A stretch of DNA of 64,000 nucleotides from Candidatus Woesearchaeota archaeon. GTDB taxonomy: Archaea > Nanobdellota > Nanobdellia > Pacearchaeales > GW2011-AR1. The translations under genes were made by a program, and so were the position numbers. The notes beneath the pieces were generated by a model. That model saw nothing but the letters and a program-made list of their open reading frames with translations, was not told the DNA's origin and did not search any database. This document shows positions 36,436 to 45,204 of this stretch, one piece after another; the first letter of the stretch is position 1; every line of letters begins with the position of its first letter. Location of the stretch: assembly GCA_964530955.1 (NCBI GenBank), contig CAZHCL010000002.1, positions 1-64,000 on the forward strand, given 5' to 3'.

Positions 36436-36846
36436 ATGGACGAAGATAATTTTGACAGGATAAAATTCAAGCACCCCCTAGCTGAGCAAGAACTAATGAA
36501 GCTATTCAGATATTTCAGAGAAGGAACTTCTAGAAGAATAGATTACCAAGGAGAATTGATAGGAAAAATAGGTTTGGAAGAGCCAATCGAAGGAAAAGAT
36601 GAACTTGAAGAAAGAGTTATTTCCAGAGGAGCTATTCATTTCGAAGATAATCATAGATGGCTTAATTTTAGATTATCCTATGATCTGGGGAGAGAAGAAA
36701 GAAATATAGCATACACTGAAATACAATTTGATATTCCTCCAGGGTATAAGAGAAGAGAGCTAGTAAATAGTCCTTGTTCAAACCCTGCTGATATGGATTT
36801 AATCAGAACATCTGTTAGCAATTATTTCAGCCAATTTCTTATATAA
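36436..36846 (+). CDS. Hypothetical (orphan) protein
   Basis: 136 aa with its own TATA box. Confidence 0.6.
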   Translation: MDEDNFDRIKFKHPLAEQELMKLFRYFREGTSRRIDYQGELIGKIGLEEPIEGKDELEERVISRGAIHFEDNHRWLNFRLSYDLGREERNIAYTEIQFDIPPGYKRRELVNSPCSNPADMDLIRTSVSNYFSQFLI

Positions 36847-36905
36847 CAATCTTTAAATAAAGGTTCGTTTTAATGAAATAAGATAAATCTCATAAAGAGG
36901 GGAAA

Positions 36906-37730
36906 ATGCAAGAATTAGAAAAATTAAAAAGTGAACTGAAGCTTAGAGGCTTTTCGCAGATGACTGTTAGGAATTATAGTTTCTTTGTTGACAAATTTCT
37001 TAAAAAAGCGAACAAAAATGCAGAAGAACTTAATCAGGATGATGCAAAATTATACCTTTCAGAACTCTTCGATACAAAGTCAAAAAACACAATAATGCTT
37101 GCAGCAGCTTCTTTGAAATTCTTTTACAATGAAATATTAAAAAAAGATTTTTCTGGAGTAAAGATTCCAAAGAAAGATAGAAAACTTCCTGAAGTTCTGA
37201 ACAAAGAAGAAGTAAAAAAGCTTATTGAGACAACCGATAATGAAAAGTCCAGACTAATTATTTCTCTTCTTTATTCAGGTGGATTAAGAGTCTCAGAACT
37301 TGTAAATCTGAAAGTAAACGATGTTAATTTCCAGGAAAAAACGGGATGGGTAAGAAAAGGAAAGGGCTCGAAAGACAGGTTATTCATACTTTCAGAATCA
37401 ATATGTAAAGAAATACAAGAATACTTGCAGGGAAAAAGTTACAACTATGTATTTTCAAAAGATTCTCCTTTAACAACAAGAAACATCCAAAAAATAATTG
37501 CCCTAACGAGAAAGAGAGCAGGAATAAATAAGAAAGTCACCCCCCACACATTAAGGCACAGTTTTGCAACTCATCTTCTTGAGCAGGGAACAGATATAAG
37601 GATGATACAAGTCCTTTTAGGCCACAGCTCTCTAAGTACGACTCAAATGTACACACATATATCTTCTGAGCAAATAAAGAAAATTAAGAATCCTTTAGAT
37701 GGACTATTCGACAAACCAACAAGTCAATAA
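36906..37730 (+). CDS. xerA: XerA-like tyrosine recombinase
   Basis: N-terminal SAM-like domain; GLRVSE (R), GKGSKDR (K), HTLRHSFATHLL (HxxR), LLGH, TQMY (Y). Confidence 0.88.
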   Translation: MQELEKLKSELKLRGFSQMTVRNYSFFVDKFLKKANKNAEELNQDDAKLYLSELFDTKSKNTIMLAAASLKFFYNEILKKDFSGVKIPKKDRKLPEVLNKEEVKKLIETTDNEKSRLIISLLYSGGLRVSELVNLKVNDVNFQEKTGWVRKGKGSKDRLFILSESICKEIQEYLQGKSYNYVFSKDSPLTTRNIQKIIALTRKRAGINKKVTPHTLRHSFATHLLEQGTDIRMIQVLLGHSSLSTTQMYTHISSEQIKKIKNPLDGLFDKPTSQ

Positions 37731-37778
37731 AAATAAATAGAATATTATAAAGAGTTCTTACAATTCACAAATAAAAAA

Positions 37779-38189
37779 CTATCTGTAAGACTTCTGTCTC
37801 TTGGCTCTTGCTTTGGAATCCCCTGGCTTTCTGGTTTCCTTTCTTCTTGAGTCCTGGACAAGCATATTTCTATCATAGGTAATAAATGCCTTTCTAAGAA
37901 CATCAGACCCTGTTATTCTTACTAACGCACGAGCAATGGCAAGCCTTGCCGCCTGTATCTGTCCTTCCTTTCCGCCACCAGTTACCTTAATATGAAAATC
38001 ATTCTTTAAATTTCCTAAAACATGCTCATGTATCTTTAAAGGTTCTGATAAAGCTAGTTTATGAAAAAGATTAAGTTCAGAAGAAGGAACATAATTAAAG
38101 AATATTTTACCAGTACCAGGAAGAATTCTAAGTTTTGCAATTGCAGTTTTTCTCTTTCCAGATATTATTATTTTGTCTGTTTTTTCCAT
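37779..38189 (-). CDS. rps9: 30S ribosomal protein S9
   Basis: SGKRKTAIA, VTGGGKEGQ, GDSKARAKRQKSYR. Confidence 0.96.
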   Translation of the reverse strand: MEKTDKIIISGKRKTAIAKLRILPGTGKIFFNYVPSSELNLFHKLALSEPLKIHEHVLGNLKNDFHIKVTGGGKEGQIQAARLAIARALVRITGSDVLRKAFITYDRNMLVQDSRRKETRKPGDSKARAKRQKSYR

Positions 38190-38190
38190 T

Positions 38191-38631
38191 TTATATTTCC
38201 TTGCTGAGTTCTTTTAGAGTGATTGTTTTAGCCTTCGACTCTCTTACCATGGAAACTTTCTTAACAGAGGCATATTCAGCAGGAACATCAGAATAACACA
38301 TGACTCTCTTTAACGCATCTAATCCCCTTTGCTGAGTGTATGAAAGCATTCCTCTTATCGTTCTCTTGACAATTCTCTCAGTATATTTTGGAAAATGAGG
38401 TCCATTTAAGCTTGTTCCACCCCTTCTTCTTGCAGTATTATATTCGCCAACAACCATTCTTGTACGACCAGTTAATTTTATAGAATCACAATTCACTATA
38501 ACTACATTTTTTCCAAGAAGGGCCTGCTTTGCAGCATAACTTGCAATTCTACCAAGAACTGCCCCAGAAGCATCTATAACAAATTCAACTTTTTTAACTT
38601 CCGTCGCCTTATTTTTCTTATTATCTGCCAT
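38191..38631 (-). CDS. rpl13: 50S ribosomal protein L13
   Basis: VIDASGAVLGRIAS, KRTIRGML. Confidence 0.94.
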   Translation of the reverse strand: MADNKKNKATEVKKVEFVIDASGAVLGRIASYAAKQALLGKNVVIVNCDSIKLTGRTRMVVGEYNTARRRGGTSLNGPHFPKYTERIVKRTIRGMLSYTQQRGLDALKRVMCYSDVPAEYASVKKVSMVRESKAKTITLKELSKEI

Positions 38632-38632
38632 T

Positions 38633-39019
38633 TTAATTTATTACCTTTATTCCCTCAGCCTTAGGATTCTTCTTTATCTCTTCAGCTATTGAAACAGGCT
38701 CTGATTTTGTCTTCCTAAGCTTGTCAAGAGCTGATTTTGAAAATCCGAATGAACATATCCTTACTTTTTTTGTAACGTCCCCATTGCCAAGAACCTTTCC
38801 GATTACAACAACAGTATCTCCTGCTGAAGTTTGTGCTTCAATCTCAGAAAGATTAACTTTTGAATACATTCTTCTCGAAGAAGAAATCCTTTTTGCAATA
38901 GCTAACCAGCCCTTATTCTTTAAAGCTAGACTTATCGCTTCAGATACCTCTGGATTTGTCTTTTTCTTTAAGTTAAACTTTATCTTTGTCTTACTTACTT
39001 TATTTACCAATACTTTCAT
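38633..39019 (-). CDS. rpl18e: 50S ribosomal protein L18e
   Basis: VNLSEI, TVVVIGKVLGNG, FSKSA..K. ATG 39019 is preferred over TTG 39031. Confidence 0.9.
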   Translation of the reverse strand: MKVLVNKVSKTKIKFNLKKKTNPEVSEAISLALKNKGWLAIAKRISSSRRMYSKVNLSEIEAQTSAGDTVVVIGKVLGNGDVTKKVRICSFGFSKSALDKLRKTKSEPVSIAEEIKKNPKAEGIKVIN

Positions 39020-39089
39020 AATTCTTCTCAATCTGCACGCTATTTAAATCTATGTAGAAAGAAAGATTTTTATACCTTAATATACATTA

Positions 39090-39341
39090 ATGTGTATGAA
39101 ATCAAAAAACATCAAGGAAGAAAGTAAGATAAGAGTTAATATCACCATAGACAAAAAACTCCTTGATAAGGCAAAGACAAAGCTCAATCTGTTCGGGGGA
39201 AAATTAAGCACTTTATTCAATGCATATCTCAGCGATTTCGTTGAGTCAATGGATAAAGATTTTGATTCAGGCAGAAAAGAAATGCAAATTAAGATAAAAG
39301 AACTGGAAGAAAGACTCAAAAAACTGGAAGAAAGAAAGTAA
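39090..39341 (+). CDS. Ribbon-helix-helix protein with C-terminal coiled coil
   Basis: KIRVNITIDKKLLDKAK...KLSTLFNAYL. Confidence 0.65.
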   Translation: MCMKSKNIKEESKIRVNITIDKKLLDKAKTKLNLFGGKLSTLFNAYLSDFVESMDKDFDSGRKEMQIKIKELEERLKKLEERK

Positions 39342-39343
39342 AA

Positions 39344-39841
39344 TTAAAGATGAGCCATTCTTAAAAGCGAGCTAAATAATCCTGCTCTACGCTCATTAGT
39401 TGCTCTTTCTGAAAAAGGCTGAGAAGAGTTAGTTAATCTTCCAAAGTCGGGAGCAATTTCATCAGAATGCAAAAGTCTTGCATCTCTGGGAAAATCCCAA
39501 TAAATTACTTCTTCAGTCACAGCATTGCCGTCTTTGAAATGAAGAGGAAAGGACTTGCCGTTCCTTGGATAATATGATAAAAATCTTTCAAGAATAAAAC
39601 CAGCTTTCTGAAAGTCAGGAAGAGGGCCAGAGGGCCTAAGTATTCCATCTTGGTCAATATCATAAAAGCCAGGAATTAATCGTGTTACATCAAAATCAGA
39701 AACTTGAGAAGAAAGAGCCACCGCAGCACGATAAACCTTGCCATTCAGATCAGAGGATTGATTATCTAAAAAACGATCAACATTGTCGTAAGGAATAATC
39801 CTTAAACATACAAACCGCCTAAGTATTGATTCTTGGGACAC
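39344..39841 (-). CDS. Hypothetical (orphan) protein
   Basis: ORF track starts at 39892; GTG 39841 fits the TATA spacing better. Confidence 0.5.
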   Translation of the reverse strand: MSQESILRRFVCLRIIPYDNVDRFLDNQSSDLNGKVYRAAVALSSQVSDFDVTRLIPGFYDIDQDGILRPSGPLPDFQKAGFILERFLSYYPRNGKSFPLHFKDGNAVTEEVIYWDFPRDARLLHSDEIAPDFGRLTNSSQPFSERATNERRAGLFSSLLRMAHL

Positions 39842-39930
39842 TATTACTAAGAAGATTTCCATATTTAAACATATATGTAATAAAAAAGACAAATCAGATA
39901 AGTTTTAAAGAAAGAACGCTATTACTAAAT

Positions 39931-40413
39931 ATGAAAAAATTAAACAACTGGCAGAATTCTCTATACAATATAATAATCATTCTGAAAGGAGTTAATGGAA
40001 TATTCGAACTTATTCTTGGAACCCTAATAGCTATAATTAGTTCATCGACAGTCTATAAAATAGCCATAAAAATATTCAGTGAAGAGCTTTCTGATGACCC
40101 TCATGATTTTGTAGCAAACTTCTTCGTGAACCTAGCGAGAGACCTTTCTTTTAGCACAAAAGAGTTTATAGCAGCCTACGTTTTCATTCATGGAATAATT
40201 AATATTCTACTTTTCTATACTCTCTGGAAGAAGAAATTTGAGTTTTATCCTACTGCAATCATCACTTTAGTTTTGCTTACAGTATATCAGATATTTAGAG
40301 TTATCACAAAGCATTCACCTCTATTGATTTTAATCACAATAATAGATTTTGTAATAATTTACTTCCTAGTTAGGGAGTATCGTTTAGCTTTAAGAGAAAA
40401 AAGAAAACAGTAA
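39931..40413 (+). CDS. DUF2127 family membrane protein
   Basis: LKGVNGIFELILG, EDPHDF-like loop, HGIINI, YQIFR, IDFVIIYFLVREY; first ATG at 39931. Confidence 0.8.
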   Translation: MKKLNNWQNSLYNIIIILKGVNGIFELILGTLIAIISSSTVYKIAIKIFSEELSDDPHDFVANFFVNLARDLSFSTKEFIAAYVFIHGIINILLFYTLWKKKFEFYPTAIITLVLLTVYQIFRVITKHSPLLILITIIDFVIIYFLVREYRLALREKRKQ

Positions 40414-40443
40414 TATTTAAAAATAATAAGGTTACGTTGATTT

Positions 40444-40869
40444 ATGGTTGTTGAAGCAATAACCCAAACAGCAGAAGAAAGGGAAAGAGAAACTATCCCA
40501 GAATCCAGATTAAAGATTGCTCTTGGTTTACACAAAGAATCCAAAATTGATCTATATACTTTAGAATTGGAAGGAAAACCACAAGTAAGCGTATTTGTTT
40601 ATCCTCAAGAGTATATCCTTAATCCTAGTAAAATTACTAAAATAGATACAAGATTTAGAGGCGATATCACTAGAGTTATTACAAGAGAATTCAAAGATAC
40701 TTCAGTTGAGGATCTCAACGCTACTTTTCTTAATGATGCCAGACCAGCAATTTCTCTAATGGACCACACTTATGATATTGGTAGAGAGGCAACCATATTG
40801 GAACACTCTTTCCAAGATGGATCCCAATCGTATCTTGAGAGTGTTATAAAAGACATTAAGTGTAAATAA
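40444..40869 (+). CDS. Hypothetical (orphan) protein
   Basis: 141-aa ORF with TATA box upstream. Confidence 0.55.
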   Translation: MVVEAITQTAEERERETIPESRLKIALGLHKESKIDLYTLELEGKPQVSVFVYPQEYILNPSKITKIDTRFRGDITRVITREFKDTSVEDLNATFLNDARPAISLMDHTYDIGREATILEHSFQDGSQSYLESVIKDIKCK

Positions 40870-40875
40870 ATATTC

Positions 40876-41325
40876 TTAAGAAAGTTTAAAAAGGTTTAAC
40901 TGATAATCTAATTCCTTCTGACTCTCAGGACAATGAATTCCACAATAAACAAAAGTAACATTTCCATGTTTCAGGTTGTAATCAGCAGACAACCCAAATT
41001 CAGATCTTAATGAATCATCATTTTGTTTTTGATATCTGATAAAATTGCCCTTATCTTCATTCAAACGTTTTAGAGTATTGCCTTTTTTACTCTTCACAAG
41101 CAAAACTATGAACTCTTTACCGAATGAATGTTTACTGTATCCATCGATATATGTTTGTATTTCTTCAGCAGTAAATTCTGAATATATTTTTCTTGCATAA
41201 CTTAGCCAATCGGAATAACTCTTTTCAAATAAAATAAGATAACCTTTGTTCCCAAGAGATTTCTTCACACTTTCTATTTTACCAATAACTTCTGGCTTTA
41301 CAATTACTAAAGATACATCTTCCAT
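40876..41325 (-). CDS. Divergent nucleoside-diphosphate-kinase-fold protein
   Basis: SLVIVKPE (cf. TLxxIKPD), SLRSEFG (cf. TIRxxFG), GIHCPES (cf. NxxHxSDS, phospho-His retained). Confidence 0.6.
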   Translation of the reverse strand: MEDVSLVIVKPEVIGKIESVKKSLGNKGYLILFEKSYSDWLSYARKIYSEFTAEEIQTYIDGYSKHSFGKEFIVLLVKSKKGNTLKRLNEDKGNFIRYQKQNDDSLRSEFGLSADYNLKHGNVTFVYCGIHCPESQKELDYQLNLFKLS

Positions 41326-41374
41326 ATTTTATCTGGTGATATAGATTATAAAAGTTTTATCTTTTAAAACAAAA

Positions 41375-41458
41375 TGCGGGGAACAGGATTCGAACCTGCG
41401 CAAGCACTAAGCTACGACGGCCTAAACGTCGCCCGTTTGACCACTCCGGCATCCCCGC
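41375..41458 (-). tRNA. tRNA-Leu(TAG)
   Basis: Acceptor stem GCGGGGA/TCCCCGC, discriminator A; anticodon stem CGACG/CGTCG with loop TT-TAG-GC; long variable arm; TTCGAAT T-loop. Confidence 0.96.
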
Positions 41459-41585
41459 TTAGCTTTTAGCAAATTTATTAGAGTTAAAAAGCCTTCGATT
41501 TATAACTTTTTACAGGTATATTTTAGAAATAAATAAGAAATTGATTAGAAATCTGAGATTATTAGAAGAACTAAAGAACAATATA

Positions 41586-41623
41586 TTAACTATATAGTAG
41601 TAACAAATAAAAAGATTTAAATA
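41586..41623 (+). promoter_or_regulatory. 38-nt operator+TATA element, copy 2 (34/38 identical to copy 1)
   Basis: ttaactatatagtagtaacaaataaaaagatttaaata, ending 22 nt before ATG 41645. Confidence 0.6.
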
Positions 41624-41644
41624 CTCCCGTTCCCTATATAAAAT

Positions 41645-42706
41645 ATGAAAAAGATGATGACAACATTAACAGCAATAGGTCTAGCATCTTTAGTTGGCTA
41701 CGCTGGACAGAATAATTTAGAGGGACTAATCAGGAAAAACCAAGATAGACAAACTGAAAATAGTGCTACACAAATTGGGCAGAGTTTTCAACATGACAGT
41801 CCAAAGAACCTAGCAGATGCTTTTTTGACCATGGAGTCATATAATGGCGCAACTGAATCTGATCATAAAATTCTTAACGATATAATTAGCACTGCAGAAG
41901 GCAAAATAGAAAGAAAAGCTAATTACACCCATGAAGAAGCAGAAAAGTTATTGAGTGTTATTGATACAACAATAAGAGAGAAAGGATTTTCTTACAAGGA
42001 ACAGCGTTTTTTAAACAAGGGATTAAAAGAAAGAGAAATTGATTGTGACCTTTTCAGCGATATTTATTTTGGAATTGCTGATGACCTGAATCTTCCAGTT
42101 CGTGCAGTCATGATCGAAGGCAAAGAAGACAGTGGAGGAGGCCATGTTTTTGTAAGATGGAGATTAGATAGTCAGAATTATTTCAATTGGGAAGCAACAT
42201 CAGGTCAGGTTTGTTCTGATGAAGTTTATGATAAAAGAATAAGTGAAAATTCTACCAAGTATGGAAGTATGAAAGAGCTCTCAATACCACAATATGCAAA
42301 GCTGCAAACTGATGAACAAATATTTCCAGGTTCATTTTTGAAAGATAGTAATGCAAGAGCAGGAATAGCTCATCCAGACAACAAAGAATGCAGAGAACAT
42401 GAAAACCTAATATATAGAGTTCTGTACGATTATTTATCTAATAGACTTAGAAGTAATCCAGATAGCAGGGAATTACACGAATTAGAAGCTGAAACTGCTA
42501 TGAGATTAGAAAGATATGATCAAGCAATTGCAAATTATGATTTTTTACTTAAAGAAAGCCCTCAAAGTTCAAGTTTATACCACGAGCGTGGAAAAGCTTA
42601 CGAACTCATTTCACACACTGCGCCAACTTTTAAAGAAGAACTAAACTTTATGGAAAGAGCAAAGAAAGATATTGATAAGGCAGTTTCACTAGAAAGAAAA
42701 GAATAA
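41645..42706 (+). CDS. Secreted/anchored transglutaminase-like (SirB1/Transglut_core2-type) protein with C-terminal TPR
   Basis: Hydrophobic N-terminus; DCDLFSDIY...ADDLNLPV...GHVFVRW...NWEAT (C134/H167/E183); TPR-like helices ending LYHERGKAY. Confidence 0.75.
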   Translation: MKKMMTTLTAIGLASLVGYAGQNNLEGLIRKNQDRQTENSATQIGQSFQHDSPKNLADAFLTMESYNGATESDHKILNDIISTAEGKIERKANYTHEEAEKLLSVIDTTIREKGFSYKEQRFLNKGLKEREIDCDLFSDIYFGIADDLNLPVRAVMIEGKEDSGGGHVFVRWRLDSQNYFNWEATSGQVCSDEVYDKRISENSTKYGSMKELSIPQYAKLQTDEQIFPGSFLKDSNARAGIAHPDNKECREHENLIYRVLYDYLSNRLRSNPDSRELHELEAETAMRLERYDQAIANYDFLLKESPQSSSLYHERGKAYELISHTAPTFKEELNFMERAKKDIDKAVSLERKE

Positions 42707-42745
42707 ACATATCCAACAAACAATGAATAAGAAAAATAAACTGCT

Positions 42746-43441
42746 TTACTTAAGCTGCTTCTGGAAATCATCAAGGTTGTCAGAAAGAGCTTCTATTGCC
42801 TTAAGAAGGATATCCTTTGCAGGCATATTCCCATAGGATTCTATTACCAAAACAATTTCATTTGAGTCAGTTGTAGCCTGCTTGTCAATATCCTCAATTG
42901 CCTTTTCTTCAGCACCATTCAAATCGCAAAGCCATTTGCTACCTTTCTTTTCAGGCTTGATTAATGATTTTGACTTCTGAACTATTGCATCTATCTGTGG
43001 AGAAGACTTAACTTCCAATAAATGTCTGTAATAAAACAACCCAGGAGTATGTTTTGAATGTTCTATTCCTCTGCCAAGCTTTGCAGTTGCAACAAGTTCA
43101 AGTTTGCTTCCCTCTCCAAGAATAGTCAATGGAATTTTATCATATACTATGTCAGCAGCACCGCTTAAATCACCTGAATAAACAGTGCATGGTCCAGTCT
43201 TGCTAAGCTTAAAGTCTATTTTAGTCTTAGAAGTCATAGATTTTTCAGTCTTAAGGCAAACCAATCCAAGCCTGTGTGCTAATACCTCATCATAAAGAGC
43301 AGAATCATTCTTATACATTTCAACTTCATCAATTGCAAGAGTTGGAATCTCAGAAACGCTTCTTCTTATTGCATTTGCAAGAGCTTCATTAGCTTCAGTT
43401 CTCAGAACAATTTTCTGGTCAGATTTTTCAATTACTTCCAT
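42746..43441 (-). CDS. rpo3: RNA polymerase subunit Rpo3 (RpoD)
   Basis: [50 protein letters not shown]. Confidence 0.93.
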   Translation of the reverse strand: MEVIEKSDQKIVLRTEANEALANAIRRSVSEIPTLAIDEVEMYKNDSALYDEVLAHRLGLVCLKTEKSMTSKTKIDFKLSKTGPCTVYSGDLSGAADIVYDKIPLTILGEGSKLELVATAKLGRGIEHSKHTPGLFYYRHLLEVKSSPQIDAIVQKSKSLIKPEKKGSKWLCDLNGAEEKAIEDIDKQATTDSNEIVLVIESYGNMPAKDILLKAIEALSDNLDDFQKQLK

Positions 43442-43514
43442 AGTGTTAAATGTAAAAAGAGGGTTTTAAACCTTCGGATTTTAAAGAAATTTTGGCTTTT
43501 TAAAGCTTTGTGAA

Positions 43515-45167
43515 TTAAATAGGCTGATAAGGATTTATCTGCTGAATAGGCTGGAGGTTGTTTTTAGCTTTTCTTATCTTAATTATATAATAAATAACGC
43601 CTATAACTGCGATAATAAGAATCAATATGAGCATGAAAGTTACTATTGAACGAGTAGAAAAATTTGAAGGAGAACATTCCTGCGACTCTAGAGGTATGTT
43701 AGCCGAGCCGGAAGAACAGGAATTGGAATCTGTGCATGTCCTTGTTTGAGTTCCATTCTGATTACAGATAGACCAATCAGCACAAGACCAGTTAGAAACA
43801 CACGAAGAAACACATTGTTGAGTTGACGTGTAGGTAGTATTTTGCGGATTGCATGAATTTGAGTCTGTGCAAGTCTTTGTCTGATTTCCATTTAGACAAT
43901 TACCCCAATCCCCACAAAACCAGTCTGGAGTACAAGTTTTTGAAGGTAATATCTCCCTCACTGCAGAACTTGTCAAACCTGAAATAGTGAATGTTGAATC
44001 TCCAATTGTACAGCTCAAATTAGAAGCAAAATCAAACCCAGGACAATCAAGCAATATTTCTCCGGAATTGCTGCAATCATCAGACATATCAGAAATTCTT
44101 AAAACGTGAGAATTTTTAGCACAAACCTGCGTACTTGAAGAGTTTATTTTATCAATAGTGATATTCTTTTCAACATTAAGACCAGAAACAAGAAGATAGC
44201 CAAAATCAGATGAACTATTCTGCTTTTCAATTGATATTCCAGTTAAATCAAGATTACCCGAAGAATTATAATAGAAGCTTATTCTAGTTATATTTCCTTC
44301 TTCCATTTGAACAAAAGAGTTGTTAGTCAAAGTAACAGAAGAAAGATCGCTTGTTCCATCAACAAACACAGTCACATTAAAGTTGTTCGCAGTTATTGAA
44401 CTCGAATCGCCAACTATATTTCCAAAACTGCAACTAGAAGTAAAGTTTGCATGACTTGAATCAGGAAGAATGTTACAAGAATTAGTATCATTATACCAAG
44501 TTAGATAAGTATTATTTGAATCACATGAATTTGTAACCTGCTGCCAGGTAGGAGTACAAGCACTACTCACATTAATGAAAACAAAAGAATCAATGGATTT
44601 ATTAGCATCAATTAAACCTGAGTTAGATAAATTATTATAAAAAAAGGTGCTTTGTGATGAAGTAAAATTAGCCGTCCAGGCAGAAGAGGCTAATCTAAAA
44701 ACAGACCTGAATTCAGTATCTGCGCTATTAGAACTAATTATCCCTCTATTAATTACGGAAGTAGAAAGAATATTCATATTTAAATTCTGATTTAAAGATA
44801 ATGTTGAGATAGCTAAAGGAACCCCGGAAGAATTAAAGATTATCTTAAAAGCACTTAAAGTAGGTGATGCAGAATAGTTTGAATTTCCTAAATAATAAAA
44901 ATCACCTGAAACATTCTTGTAGGCTATAAAATTATTACATCCGCTGGATGAAGAAGAATTCATTATTATAATATTATCAGAACTTATAAGAAATATAGAA
45001 TCCCAGACTGCTTTTATACTAGCAGTTGAACAGTCAGAAATCTGAGGAGGTGAGTAGATAGAGTAAGCATTAATATTACTGTTAAAAGCTAAAAATAAGA
45101 AAATAAGCACAACAGCTGTAGCAAAAACAAAATAGATATATCCCCTTATTTTCTCCATTAATTTCAA
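43515..45167 (-). CDS. Cell-surface protein, Ser/Asn-rich, with Cys-rich CxxxWxCxxWxxC repeats and a C-terminal TM anchor
   Basis: N-terminal TM/signal segment, many N-x-S/T sequons, repeats CTPDWFCGDWGNC and CVSNWSCADWSIC, TM helix with basic tail. Confidence 0.8.
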   Translation of the reverse strand: MKLMEKIRGYIYFVFATAVVLIFLFLAFNSNINAYSIYSPPQISDCSTASIKAVWDSIFLISSDNIIIMNSSSSSGCNNFIAYKNVSGDFYYLGNSNYSASPTLSAFKIIFNSSGVPLAISTLSLNQNLNMNILSTSVINRGIISSNSADTEFRSVFRLASSAWTANFTSSQSTFFYNNLSNSGLIDANKSIDSFVFINVSSACTPTWQQVTNSCDSNNTYLTWYNDTNSCNILPDSSHANFTSSCSFGNIVGDSSSITANNFNVTVFVDGTSDLSSVTLTNNSFVQMEEGNITRISFYYNSSGNLDLTGISIEKQNSSSDFGYLLVSGLNVEKNITIDKINSSSTQVCAKNSHVLRISDMSDDCSNSGEILLDCPGFDFASNLSCTIGDSTFTISGLTSSAVREILPSKTCTPDWFCGDWGNCLNGNQTKTCTDSNSCNPQNTTYTSTQQCVSSCVSNWSCADWSICNQNGTQTRTCTDSNSCSSGSANIPLESQECSPSNFSTRSIVTFMLILILIIAVIGVIYYIIKIRKAKNNLQPIQQINPYQPI

Positions 45168-45204
45168 AGATAAACAGACATTAAAAAGTTTATGTTACTC
45201 CGAT

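Noticed and set aside
36401-36862. 17-nt direct repeat ACAATCTTTAAATAAAG flanking the 36436-36846 orphan next to xerA (cassette or target-site duplication?)
   Set aside because: The core AATCTTTAAATAA is the promoter consensus found elsewhere in this window (e.g. before the NUDIX gene), so two adjacent promoters explain it.
35816-37730. xerA and upstream orphans as an integrated provirus or plasmid
   Set aside because: No capsid, terminase, replication or att duplication is visible, and the recombinase looks like chromosomal XerA.
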